Counted from the stretch's first letter, positions 1 to 9,339 are shown. The stretch is DNA of 29,038 bases from a virus (IMGVR_UViG_3300024257_000004); one strand, 5' to 3'. The notes: generated from the letters alone by a model not told the origin. A program made the numbers and translations.

Positions 1-1
1 T

Positions 2-703
2 AGTAGACAAGATATTGCAGCTAATGCTTATAACTACAATTGGTACATTACTACAGACTTCACAAGCACTGGTAGTAAAGGGAGTGACTATAGCGGTATC
101 GCTGTATGGGCAGTAGGTAGTAATGGTGATTATTTCTTAGTTGATCTAACACTTAGAAAAATGGAATTGGAGACGCAATATGGTGAGTTATTTAGACATG
201 TGCATACGTACGGAGATATTAGTAGGGAGATTAATGTGGGAGTTGAGATTGATGGTCAACAAAACATACACATCCTTGCTCTTAAAGATAGGATGGTTAA
301 GAGGAATGAATTCTTTACTATAGCTAGACAAAAAGGAGCTAAGCTCGGACAGGAAGGTATTAGATCTAGGTTAGAGAGTGGTAGTAAGCACTGGAGATTC
401 AGAATGATGCTACCGCAATTCCAGAATAGAAAAATATGGTTCCCTAAAGAGTTGGAAGATACTCCTGATATGAGAGAGCTGCTAGAAGAAATTAAATACT
501 GTACATACACAGGGTTCGGAAGTAGGTATGACGACGGTATAGACTTAATAAGTCAGCTAGGTTTAGTGGATATTATGTTCCCGGCTAAAGGTATGACGGA
601 TGACTACAGGTCGAATAAAAAGTCAACTAAGAAGCGTGGTTGGATGTGGCAGAATAGAGGTAACGACGATGAAGAAGTTAATGGGTACAGTAGTTATGTC
701 TAA
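2..703 (+). CDS. terL: Terminase large subunit, C-terminal nuclease domain (5'-truncated by the window edge)
   Basis: The frame is open from base 2, upstream of the track's ATG 161. It reads YITTDFTSTGSKGSDYSGIAVWA...VGVEIDGQQ...RFRMMLPQF...FGSRYDDGIDLISQL, matching the acidic nuclease motifs of N4 gp68-type terminases. Confidence 0.93.
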   Translation, partial: SRQDIAANAYNYNWYITTDFTSTGSKGSDYSGIAVWAVGSNGDYFLVDLTLRKMELETQYGELFRHVHTYGDISREINVGVEIDGQQNIHILALKDRMVKRNEFFTIARQKGAKLGQEGIRSRLESGSKHWRFRMMLPQFQNRKIWFPKELEDTPDMRELLEEIKYCTYTGFGSRYDDGIDLISQLGLVDIMFPAKGMTDDYRSNKKSTKKRGWMWQNRGNDDEEVNGYSSYV

Positions 704-736
704 TTAAGTTAGCATTAAGAGATAATACGGTAAGAT
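704..736 (+). promoter_or_regulatory. Putative sigma70-type promoter (TTAAGT-N5-TTAAG-N11-TAAGAT)
   Basis: Intergenic; same box spacing as five other sites; ends 28 nt upstream of ATG 765. Confidence 0.6.
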
Positions 737-764
737 TGGTAAAAATAACAAAAGGTGTAGTTCT

Positions 765-1181
765 ATGACATACGGAATGTTAAAAAGTCTTACTAGAGTA
801 TTACTCACTGGTGACCATGTACTAACTAATAAAGAAGATGAGTTACGGGCGTTAGTGGCTTATGCTTATGACAAAGTTGCTACTGAGTCTGACGCGTTGA
901 AGTTATTCACTAGCGATAAAAGTGATAACATACTTAGACTGGGGCCTGGTAAACTTTACGTAAGAAGTCCTAGACTACCACAAGCTGATGAAGAGGAATT
1001 AGACATCGATGATCAGTTAGGTTATCCTACGGCTAGATACATAGCCAGTTTCGTTAGTAAAGACAAAGGCGGTATTCATGTTAATGAAGCGCACACACTT
1101 ATCAGAGCTTATAACGCTAAAGTACAAGCTTACTTTGAAGCACTAGAAGCTGCGGGTGAATTGGATCCTGAAGATGCTTAA
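765..1181 (+). CDS. Putative head-tail adaptor/connector-like protein
   Basis: Directly follows the terminase (N4 gp67 position). LPQADEEELDIDDQLGYPTARYIASFVS resembles the C-terminal part of adaptor proteins. Confidence 0.45.
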   Translation: MTYGMLKSLTRVLLTGDHVLTNKEDELRALVAYAYDKVATESDALKLFTSDKSDNILRLGPGKLYVRSPRLPQADEEELDIDDQLGYPTARYIASFVSKDKGGIHVNEAHTLIRAYNAKVQAYFEALEAAGELDPEDA

Positions 1182-1572
1182 TGATTTAAACCACCTATAT
1201 ACTGACGATATAAAAATAGATAAAGCAGTAGACAGAGCTAAAACTTTATTTGGTTCTAGAAAACTGTATACACTATACACGAAACTTGATGGAGATGTTG
1301 TTATATTTGATGATGTATTTATTCAGAAAGTTAGATATGCACTTACAAGTATGCATACAAGCCAGATGACACCGATAGAACTGCAGTTAGTTGAAGACAT
1401 GGTAGAATACCAAAATACTGGGTACCTAGCTAGCAGAAACAACACAAGCGCAGGTAACCTTGCAAATTTACTAGATGACTACCTAAGTGACTCTATAGAC
1501 TGTACTGTAATTGGTTCAGACTACGAAGATCACGAATGGATAAGTTGTCAGATTGAAGGAGAAGAGGCATAA
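1174..1572 (+). CDS. Hypothetical protein (132 aa)
   Basis: In-frame ATG 1174 overlaps the upstream stop (ATGCTTAA), more plausible than GTG 1156; its stop overlaps the next start. Confidence 0.7.
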   Translation: MLNDLNHLYTDDIKIDKAVDRAKTLFGSRKLYTLYTKLDGDVVIFDDVFIQKVRYALTSMHTSQMTPIELQLVEDMVEYQNTGYLASRNNTSAGNLANLLDDYLSDSIDCTVIGSDYEDHEWISCQIEGEEA

Positions 1573-3884
1573 TGGCTGATTTTATTGATGACTTACGGGA
1601 CATAAAAGGGACTAGAGCTGGTGGGGCACAACCATCGGAAACTAAAACATTTGAAGATGGTATATACGGGCACATCTTGTATATGCATGATGATACTATT
1701 GCTAACGTAAATGAGGTACAGGAAGATAGAGACGCTGTCCAAGTACTACATGATACTGTGGTTGAAAAAGAGGCACTAGCTAACCCTCACTACACTAATA
1801 TAGACCTGATAGGTGATGCAATTGAGAATCACAACCTAAACGCTGTTGGTGACAATATTACCAAGGTTATTAGGGTTGCAGATGACTTACTAGAGACTAT
1901 CTCGGAGATAGAAACAGTAGCTGACGATCTGAATGAAACTACTTCAGAGATAGAGGTGGTTGCAAACGCTATTACGAACGTAAATATTGTAGGTTCAGGG
2001 ATGTCAAGTGTGGCTACAGTGGCTACTGATATATCTAATGTTAGTGTAGTTAGCGATGCAATAATTAATGTAAACACGGTAGGTAACTCGATAGCTAATG
2101 TAAACACGGTAGCTGCTAACGATGTAGATATATCAATAGTGGCTAATGACGTGGCTGATATAAACATAGTTGCCGCATCTATTGCAGAGATATTGCTAGC
2201 GGATAACAATGCTGCAATAGCCACGACTAAAGCATTAGAGGCATCAATAAGTGCCTCAGCTGCTCTAGTGAGTGAGGCTAATTCATTGGCCTCAGAAGCT
2301 GCGGCTGCAGTAAGTGAAACAAACGCTGCAAACTCAGAAGCAGGCACAATAGCAGACGCCATAAGTACTGCTGCGGACCTAGTACAAACCAGCCAAGATG
2401 CAATAGATACAGCGGCTGACGTAGTAACTACAAATAACAATGTAGTATTAACTAATGCAGATGCTGCAAGTGCTAGCGTATCAGAGGCTAATTCAAATAC
2501 ATATATGACTCAAGCTTTAGCTCACAAGAATGCAGCAGAGTTGGCAGAGGTCCATGCAGAGACTGCAGAAACAAATGCAGAACTAGCTGAGACTCATGCG
2601 GAGACCGCAGAAGCAGCAAGTTTAGCGAGTCAAGCAGCAGCTTTAGCATCACAACAATCAGCTACGGCTTCAGCAAACAGTGCAGCAGCTAGTGCTACAA
2701 GTGCAGGTAGTTCAGCTATAGATGCTCAATCAAGTGAAGACGATGCAGAAATATCACAAGTAGCAAGTGCCGCTAGTGCATTAGCGTCTAGCAATAGTGC
2801 AAGTGCTTCAAGTACAAGTGCAACCACAGCAACTACTCAAGCAGGAATAGCAACAGCAAGTGCTGCACTGACATCTGCTGACGTGGTATTAACACATGCG
2901 GATACAATATCAACTGCTTCTGATGCTACTCAAACAGCACTTGATAGACTAGCTACTGCAGCCGACGTTGTAGCAACTAGTCAAGACGCTACAAATACTG
3001 CAGCAGATGTTATCAGTACTAATGCGGATGTAGTAGCTACACATAATGATGTGGTGCTAACAAATGCTGATTCGGTAAGTGCTGGAACTAGTGCTGCTAA
3101 TGCAAGTGCATCAGCAGCTACGGCTACAAGTCAAGCGGCTATAGCAACTACACAGGCGGGCAATGCTAGTATTAGCGCAAGTAGTGCAGCAGTAAGTGAG
3201 ACTAACGCTGGAATATCAGAAAGTAACTCTGCTTCAAGCGAGTTAGCATCAAGCACGTCAGAGAATAATGCAGCTACAAGTGAGCTGAACGCTGCCAATA
3301 GTGCACAAACTGCTATAACTCAAGCAAGTAGTGCTAGTAGCTCAGCTAGTTCTGCACTAGCAAGTGAAGGTAAAGCAGAAAAATGGGCAGAAGAGCTAGA
3401 AGACGTAGAGGTTGAGACTGGTAAATATAGTGCTAAACACTATGCGTCTAAAGCTCAAACGTTCTCTAATTCAAACGTAGTGCATGTTAAATACTTGGAT
3501 GCGGTAGTTAAAGGTGACCCTGTAAAGATTAGTGGATACAACCAAGGCGAGAATGCTATAGAAGTAGTAAGGTGTACTACGAACCAAGATATCTCCATAG
3601 GATTATCTATTGGAAGTTATGCACTAAATGAATTCGGGTATGCCATGAGTTCTGGGCTACTAGAAGAACTAGATACTAGTGCTTGGCCAGTAGGTACGAT
3701 ACTATATACAGACGGCACAGGATTGACAGATGTGAAACCTACGGTTGGTCACTACCAAGCAATAGCTTATGTAGTTAAAGATCAATTAAATAATGGTGCT
3801 GTTATGGTAAGTATAGCTGAACCTGTAGAAATCATAGGTACATATGCGGAATTCGAAACTGCATTTGATACTGCGGAGGCATAA
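1572..3884 (+). CDS. Fibre protein (770 aa) with heptad VNTVA repeats, Ala/Ser-rich shaft and C-terminal beta domain
   Basis: Contains NVNTVGNSIANVNTVA repeats, ADVVLTHAD repeats, an SASAA-rich region, the KAEKWAE...GKYSAKHYASKA motif, a terminal GDPV...LDTSAWPVGTILY domain, and ends in GTYAEFETAFDTAEA. Confidence 0.8.
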   Translation: MADFIDDLRDIKGTRAGGAQPSETKTFEDGIYGHILYMHDDTIANVNEVQEDRDAVQVLHDTVVEKEALANPHYTNIDLIGDAIENHNLNAVGDNITKVIRVADDLLETISEIETVADDLNETTSEIEVVANAITNVNIVGSGMSSVATVATDISNVSVVSDAIINVNTVGNSIANVNTVAANDVDISIVANDVADINIVAASIAEILLADNNAAIATTKALEASISASAALVSEANSLASEAAAAVSETNAANSEAGTIADAISTAADLVQTSQDAIDTAADVVTTNNNVVLTNADAASASVSEANSNTYMTQALAHKNAAELAEVHAETAETNAELAETHAETAEAASLASQAAALASQQSATASANSAAASATSAGSSAIDAQSSEDDAEISQVASAASALASSNSASASSTSATTATTQAGIATASAALTSADVVLTHADTISTASDATQTALDRLATAADVVATSQDATNTAADVISTNADVVATHNDVVLTNADSVSAGTSAANASASAATATSQAAIATTQAGNASISASSAAVSETNAGISESNSASSELASSTSENNAATSELNAANSAQTAITQASSASSSASSALASEGKAEKWAEELEDVEVETGKYSAKHYASKAQTFSNSNVVHVKYLDAVVKGDPVKISGYNQGENAIEVVRCTTNQDISIGLSIGSYALNEFGYAMSSGLLEELDTSAWPVGTILYTDGTGLTDVKPTVGHYQAIAYVVKDQLNNGAVMVSIAEPVEIIGTYAEFETAFDTAEA

Positions 3885-3886
3885 AA

Positions 3887-4240
3887 ATGTTTGTACTAAG
3901 TGAAGAAATAAATATATATAGAGGATCTACGTATAAGCATACATTCTACCTGGTTGATAATGATGGCGGGTTACTGGATGCGTCAGGTTACGAGGCTAGA
4001 CTACAAGTGAAAGCTAAGCGCGGTGACATTAAAGTACTTGCTGACTTATCAGAGTACTTAGATACAACGACATACGCTGCGCAAGGGATTATACTGTTAA
4101 CTATCCCTCATGAATATACTTCTGGTACTACCCTTAGTAGGGGCGTATTTGATTTATTAGTTAAGAAGACTTTGACTGGCGAAATATCAAGAGCGGCAGT
4201 AGGAACACTTAAAGCTACAGATGGAATAACGAGGTTCTAA
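3887..4240 (+). CDS. Small Ig-like structural protein (BppU-N-like fibre/baseplate adaptor)
   Basis: Pattern IYRGSTY...DASGYEARLQVK...GIILLTIP...VFDLLV...G.L...GIT is typical of this family. Confidence 0.6.
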   Translation: MFVLSEEINIYRGSTYKHTFYLVDNDGGLLDASGYEARLQVKAKRGDIKVLADLSEYLDTTTYAAQGIILLTIPHEYTSGTTLSRGVFDLLVKKTLTGEISRAAVGTLKATDGITRF

Positions 4241-4241
4241 T

Positions 4242-4526
4242 ATGGGAAATCAAGAGATACTGCTGACAAGACCAGACACGCTTAATATAAGAGAGAACAT
4301 AGATTCTCCAGAAGAGTATATAAAAGTACTACAAAATACTATATATACTCCAACCGAAGAGTCTCTCGAGAACTTCATGTCGCTGAATTCTCTGGATGCA
4401 ACGAAGAACATAGTAAATCTGGCATCCGGGATAGATAGTAGGATACTAGATATTGAAAATGATTATGTGACTGAAGCTGACGCAAATAAAATTGCTAACA
4501 AAAAAGCACTGATATACGGAGGGTAG
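4242..4526 (+). CDS. Hypothetical structural protein (94 aa)
   Basis: Tightly packed ORF ending YVTEADANKIANKKALIYGG, reminiscent of the AIAMAIALG-type termini of phage fibre adaptors. Confidence 0.6.
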   Translation: MGNQEILLTRPDTLNIRENIDSPEEYIKVLQNTIYTPTEESLENFMSLNSLDATKNIVNLASGIDSRILDIENDYVTEADANKIANKKALIYGG

Positions 4527-4527
4527 T

Positions 4528-4794
4528 ATGGGTAAATCATATACAGGTAATATTACAAGTACTGAAGAGGAAGGCGTTATAGTTATAGCGGTAAACATAT
4601 TTAACCCTGGAGCGTTAAACTCTATTGCAAAAATTAGCCTAACGGATAGTCTTGGAAAGTTAAGAGGCACTGTGTTAGAGAAGGAACTTAGACCTAAAGA
4701 AACTATATTCTTAAATACTAAGATGTTTATAGTTGACGGGGATACTCTGGTTCTGGAAGGCGCAGAATTTATAATAGCCGGGGAAGAAGTGTAA
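4528..4794 (+). CDS. Small beta-rich structural protein (88 aa)
   Basis: Alternating hydrophobic strands (VIVIAVNIFN...LRPKETIFLNTKMFIVDGDTLVLEG); translationally coupled to its neighbours. Confidence 0.6.
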   Translation: MGKSYTGNITSTEEEGVIVIAVNIFNPGALNSIAKISLTDSLGKLRGTVLEKELRPKETIFLNTKMFIVDGDTLVLEGAEFIIAGEEV

Positions 4795-5084
4795 TGCTAC
4801 TAAGTCTTACGGATATGCGATACTCTGCATCAACAATTGCAGTTCCCGATAGAAGTGAAGTATATATTGATAGTAAAATAACGTACTGGGATGCAGATCT
4901 TGGAAGAAACTATATACTACTAGATCATGAACCGGATGGTGAAATAATATCACTTGTGATAATGAAAGATGGAGAATCTCTTGTTGTTGACGGTAAACCT
5001 AACAGATCAGGCAAGAGAATAGAGTTTCTGTATGATGACAACCTTAACGGGTGTGAATCAGAAGTTAGATACCTAATTAGCTAG
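4794..5084 (+). CDS. Small beta-domain protein (96 aa), possible stand-alone paralogue of the C-terminal domain of the 707-aa protein
   Basis: TAATG overlap with the upstream gene; C-terminus LNGCESEVRYL resembles FNGDACKVHYF of 5457..7580. Confidence 0.6.
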   Translation: MLLSLTDMRYSASTIAVPDRSEVYIDSKITYWDADLGRNYILLDHEPDGEIISLVIMKDGESLVVDGKPNRSGKRIEFLYDDNLNGCESEVRYLIS

Positions 5085-5094
5085 GAGAGTTGAT

Positions 5095-5334
5095 ATGTTA
5101 CCACGAAGATATTTTGGAACCGCAAGTACTCACAGTACTGATGACATAGTAAGAACTAGGGACGCATTCAATACTAAACTAATTGATGCTAATGATGTCG
5201 CCGGAGCTGAGGCAGTCAAAGATATAATAAACATGCAGGATGAGCTTAGTGAGAGAATTACTAGCAACACTGGAATTCTTGATGTAATCGGCACATACGA
5301 TGAATTCGAAGTATCATTTGATGCTGCTAAATAG
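5095..5334 (+). CDS. Small protein (79 aa) carrying the shared C-terminal tag
   Basis: RBS AGGAG at about 5083; ends GTYDEFEVSFDAAK. Confidence 0.7.
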   Translation: MLPRRYFGTASTHSTDDIVRTRDAFNTKLIDANDVAGAEAVKDIINMQDELSERITSNTGILDVIGTYDEFEVSFDAAK

Positions 5335-5456
5335 CCGCTGCAAATAAATTTGGTCCATCTAAGACAGAAAACTGGTATCGCCAATAGTGATATGCGTAAT
5401 GTAGTAATACTGCATTACAGAAGCATTCAATTGATAAAATAACAAAGGAAATAAAT

Positions 5457-7580
5457 ATGAGTACACCTACACAGTTTAGAAAAGTAGCCACTAAGGTTGC
5501 GCCACTATTTTTAACGAAAGTAGCATACACTGACATCGTTGATGATCTATCTTCAGGGGGAACTGGAGTTCCGTTATCTGCGGAGCAAGGTAAACTTATA
5601 AGCACTTCAGTTTCACAAGAAGTTGCTGCTAGAGCACAAGCTATTCTTGACTTAAAAGACGGAGTTGCTGTTGAGGGTAATACACTAAATAAGTTATACG
5701 GTAAGATTTCACAAGAAGTTACTGATAGATCTTCTGCAATTACTCAAGAAGTTGCTGACAGAGAGGCTGCAATCTTAGTTGAAAAAAATAGAGCCGAAGC
5801 TGAAGAATTAGCAATCAAAGGATTAGTTACTACAAGTAATTCTGATACTGATGCTGCAATTGCCGCTGAAAAAGCTAGAGCTGAAGCTGAAGAACTTAGA
5901 ATTGAAGAAAAAGTAGATCAAGAAGTACTTGACAGAACTGCTGGAGATACTGCATTAACTACTAAAATCAATACTGATATCGCTGCTGAAAAATTAAGAG
6001 CTGAAACTGCTGAGGGTGTAAACGCTACAGCTATCGCTACTGAAACTTCTGATAGAATTACTGCTGTAACTAATGAAGAAGTTGCAAGAGATGCTGCTAT
6101 CCTTATTGAGACTAACAGAGCTGTTGCTGCTGAAGGTGTTAATACTACTGCAATTACTACTGAAGCAACTACTAGAAGTACTGCTGATACAACTTTACAA
6201 TCAAACATTAATACGTTAGAAGGTGCTGTAACTGCTAATAAAACTGCTATTGAAGCTTCATTAGGTAACGAAGTTACTGCTAGAACTACTGCTGATACTG
6301 CATTATCTGGAAGATTAACTGCTGTTGAAACAGTAATTACTGCTGGTGTTTCTTGGAAAGGTTCTGTAGCTGATATCGCTGCAATCGACGCATTAGACGA
6401 AACTACGTTACTTGCTGGTCAAGCTTACTATGTAACTGCTGAAAAAGATGTATACGTTGTTCTTGCTGATCAAGGTGGAGATTACGTTCCTGCTACATTC
6501 ACTACTAAATCATTCTTAAAAATCGCTGATTTCAAAGAATTATCTGGATTAGTTGCTGCTGAAAAAGCTAGAGCTGAAGGTGCTGAAGCTACTTTAACTT
6601 CTGCTATCAATGCTGAAGTTACAAACAGAAGTAATGAAATCATCAGAGTTGAAGGTTTAATCACTGCTGAAGCTACTGCAAGAGGTAATGATATTACTAC
6701 TGTTAATAATTCAATTGCTGCTGAAACTACTGCAAGAGAAAATGCTGATACAGCAATTACTACTGCATATACTGCTGCTGATAGTGCACTACAAGGTAAT
6801 ATTGATACTGAAGAAGCTGCAAGAATCGCTGCTGACACTGCATTAGACACTGCTTATAAAGCTGCTGACACTGCTGCTAAAACTGCATACGAAGCTGCTG
6901 ATGCTACATTAACTGCTGACTTAGCTTCTGAAGTTGCTAACAGAATCGCTGACGTAGATGCTGAAGAAACTAGAGCAACTACTGCTGAAGGTTCTCTTTC
7001 TGGTAGATTAGATATCGTTGAAGGTGACAACACTGTTGACGGTTCAATCAAAAAAGCTGTATTAGTTGAGAACACTAGAGCATTAGCTGCTGAGCAAGCT
7101 AATACTGACTTAATCAACTTAGAGATCACTAACAGAATTGCTGATGTTGACGCTGAAGAATCTGCTAGACTTGCCGGTGATAACGCATTAGACGCTAGAT
7201 TAGATGTAATCGAAGGTGATACTACGGTTGAAGGTTCAGTTAAAAAAGCTGAAATGGATGCTACTAACTACGCAATCGCTGCAATCGTTAGACCTAAGTT
7301 AGAAGGTAAAGCTGGTGACTTAATTGTTGCTGGAGATACTGTAACTGTTTCTAAAAACATCTTTGATGGTGAAAACGGAATTGTATTCGGTGAGGTAATT
7401 TGTTACCATGAGGGTGAGGCTGTAGCATGTAATGTTGCAACTGTATCTAATAACGTAATTACTCTTCAAGTTGGTGAGCCAGGTGAATTTAATGGTGATG
7501 CATGTAAAGTTCATTACTTCTATGACTTAGCTTCTAACAATGGAGTTGGTGAGCATGGTGTTGGAGAGGGTGACATATAG
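5457..7580 (+). CDS. Long coiled-coil fibre (707 aa), possibly a head fibre/whisker
   Basis: AAGGA RBS; IVDDLSSGG...LSAEQGK motif; about 550 aa of ExxxR/AEKARAE/TARxxADTAL repeats at 11- and 18-residue spacing; C-terminal beta domain; strongly biased codons (GCT/ACT/GTT/TTA/AGA). Confidence 0.8.
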   Translation: MSTPTQFRKVATKVAPLFLTKVAYTDIVDDLSSGGTGVPLSAEQGKLISTSVSQEVAARAQAILDLKDGVAVEGNTLNKLYGKISQEVTDRSSAITQEVADREAAILVEKNRAEAEELAIKGLVTTSNSDTDAAIAAEKARAEAEELRIEEKVDQEVLDRTAGDTALTTKINTDIAAEKLRAETAEGVNATAIATETSDRITAVTNEEVARDAAILIETNRAVAAEGVNTTAITTEATTRSTADTTLQSNINTLEGAVTANKTAIEASLGNEVTARTTADTALSGRLTAVETVITAGVSWKGSVADIAAIDALDETTLLAGQAYYVTAEKDVYVVLADQGGDYVPATFTTKSFLKIADFKELSGLVAAEKARAEGAEATLTSAINAEVTNRSNEIIRVEGLITAEATARGNDITTVNNSIAAETTARENADTAITTAYTAADSALQGNIDTEEAARIAADTALDTAYKAADTAAKTAYEAADATLTADLASEVANRIADVDAEETRATTAEGSLSGRLDIVEGDNTVDGSIKKAVLVENTRALAAEQANTDLINLEITNRIADVDAEESARLAGDNALDARLDVIEGDTTVEGSVKKAEMDATNYAIAAIVRPKLEGKAGDLIVAGDTVTVSKNIFDGENGIVFGEVICYHEGEAVACNVATVSNNVITLQVGEPGEFNGDACKVHYFYDLASNNGVGEHGVGEGDI

Positions 7581-7617
7581 TCGCCTTCCCTGCCCTGTAT
7601 AAATAGATAGTAGATTT

Positions 7618-7651
7618 AATAGGGCAGTGTACTACACATTGCCCTATTTTT
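7618..7651 (+). terminator. Rho-independent terminator
   Basis: AATAGGGCAGTGT-ACTAC-ACATTGCCCTATT forms a 13-bp stem with one G.U pair, and the stem end runs into T5. Confidence 0.75.
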
Positions 7652-7677
7652 AATTAATACAAAATGAAAGGATAATA

Positions 7678-9339
7678 ATGGATAACGTTACATATAACTT
7701 GCCGTCGAAGCAAGGAAATATAACTATACCACCTGGACAGAAGATAGTATACAACGACCTGGAACTTCTAGGTAGAGGAACATCTAACTGGGGTGACGAG
7801 TTCAATGGAAACTACATTAAACTTGATGATAAGATTAGTGACAAACTAAGTGCTGTAATTAATCAAGATATCATACCTGACGTTGCAGATACTTATACAC
7901 TTGGTTCTTTAGAGAAACCATTTAAGGATCTATATGTAGGTGCTAACTCCTTCTACGTTAATGGCCAAAAAGTAATCAGTGACAATTCCGGTACTATTGT
8001 ACTTAGTGCTGATAATGACCAGAATATACAGATCAAAGCTAATGGTGGTGGTGATATTGAATTCTACCCATCAGGTACTGGTAATATTGAAATGAAAGGT
8101 ACTGTTGAGATTGCTGCAGGGAAGTTGCTAAGAACTAGCGATGGTTCTACGCTTACTATAAATAACTCTATCTCTGTTGATGGTGATGTATCTGCAGACT
8201 CATTCAATGGTAAGACTATAGAAGTTAATGTTCCAGCTGATGCAGTATTCACGGATACAATTGTAGATATTAGTGGTAAAGTGGATAAAATTGATGTACT
8301 GACTGCTACAAGTTCAAGCAATAAGATTGTTACTCAAAGTGATATTTCTGCACTTGGTAGTGGAGACATGGTTCAGTCAGTGTATGATACTGATGGAAAT
8401 GGAATTGTCGATAAAGCTGAAGATGCAAACACAGTAAATGGATTCAATCTAGAGGTAAGCGTGCCTCATGATGCAATATTCACTGATACGTTGTACGGTA
8501 AGCCTGCATCAGAACCAATTTCATATATCGCTGGGCTTCAAGTAGAGCTGGATAGTAAACTTGGTTCTGAATCATTAACTACATTAACTTACATAGGTAA
8601 TAAGTTAAGGTATACGGATGAGAATGGCGGAGTGTCTGAAATTAGTTTAAGTGAGTACATAGATGATACTAATCTTGCTAGAGTAACTTCTGGAGCAATC
8701 GCACCGGACGGTATAGCTACATTCTATAGAGATGACGCAACTACGTTCACAATTGATATGAGTTCATTCTTAGATGACACAAACCTAATCACATCTGTTG
8801 CAGGTAAGACTGGGTCTGTTATACTAGTAAAGAGTGACATAGTTGACTTCGATGATTCTGACTACGCTGCTGCTTCTCAGGGTATTAAAGCTGACACTGC
8901 TGTGCAACCGAACAGTAACGTGAGTATACTTGCTAATGATGCTGGGTACATTACTGTCGCTGACGTACCTACGAATGTAAGTGAACTAGCTAATGACGCT
9001 GGGTATATTACTATTGCTGGTATATCTGGTAAGGTTGACAAAGTTACAGGCAAAGGATTATCTACTAATGATTATACTTCTGCTGAAAAAACTAAACTAA
9101 CTAGTGTAGAGGCTGGGGCTACGGCGGACCAGACTAAAGCAGATATTGATGCATTAGGTATTAATTCTGCAACAGTTAACGGTAAAAACGTACAGAGCGA
9201 TGTTCCAGCTAATGCTGTGTTTGTTGATACAATATACGACGATTCTACTTTAAGCTCTAGGGTAGCTACGTTAGAGACTGCTGATAGTAATCATGGTACT
9301 TACGCTGAGTTTGCTGCTGCATTCGATGCTGCTAAATAA
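7678..9339 (+). CDS. Mosaic fibre protein (553 aa)
   Basis: Carries DLELLGRGTSNWGDEFNGNYIKL, IIPDVADTYTLGS..PFKDLY, three NGxxxxxxVPxxAxFxDT motifs, two LANDAGYIT, KVDKVTGKGLSTNDYTSAEKTKL, and ends GTYAEFAAAFDAAK. Confidence 0.8.
   Translation: MDNVTYNLPSKQGNITIPPGQKIVYNDLELLGRGTSNWGDEFNGNYIKLDDKISDKLSAVINQDIIPDVADTYTLGSLEKPFKDLYVGANSFYVNGQKVISDNSGTIVLSADNDQNIQIKANGGGDIEFYPSGTGNIEMKGTVEIAAGKLLRTSDGSTLTINNSISVDGDVSADSFNGKTIEVNVPADAVFTDTIVDISGKVDKIDVLTATSSSNKIVTQSDISALGSGDMVQSVYDTDGNGIVDKAEDANTVNGFNLEVSVPHDAIFTDTLYGKPASEPISYIAGLQVELDSKLGSESLTTLTYIGNKLRYTDENGGVSEISLSEYIDDTNLARVTSGAIAPDGIATFYRDDATTFTIDMSSFLDDTNLITSVAGKTGSVILVKSDIVDFDDSDYAAASQGIKADTAVQPNSNVSILANDAGYITVADVPTNVSELANDAGYITIAGISGKVDKVTGKGLSTNDYTSAEKTKLTSVEAGATADQTKADIDALGINSATVNGKNVQSDVPANAVFVDTIYDDSTLSSRVATLETADSNHGTYAEFAAAFDAAK

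Noticed and set aside
1156-1181. 26-nt overlap suggesting a programmed frameshift between the two 138-aa ORFs
   Set aside because: An in-frame ATG at 1174 gives ordinary translational coupling; no slippery heptamer is present.
5332-5442. TAG read-through of the 79-aa gene (35 open codons) or a decayed extra AAAK-stop tail (GCCGCTGCAAATAA)
   Set aside because: An open frame of this length can arise by chance, the region folds into hairpins (TATCGC/GTGATA; GTAATGTAGT/ACTGCATTAC), and the other TAG stops behave as normal stops.
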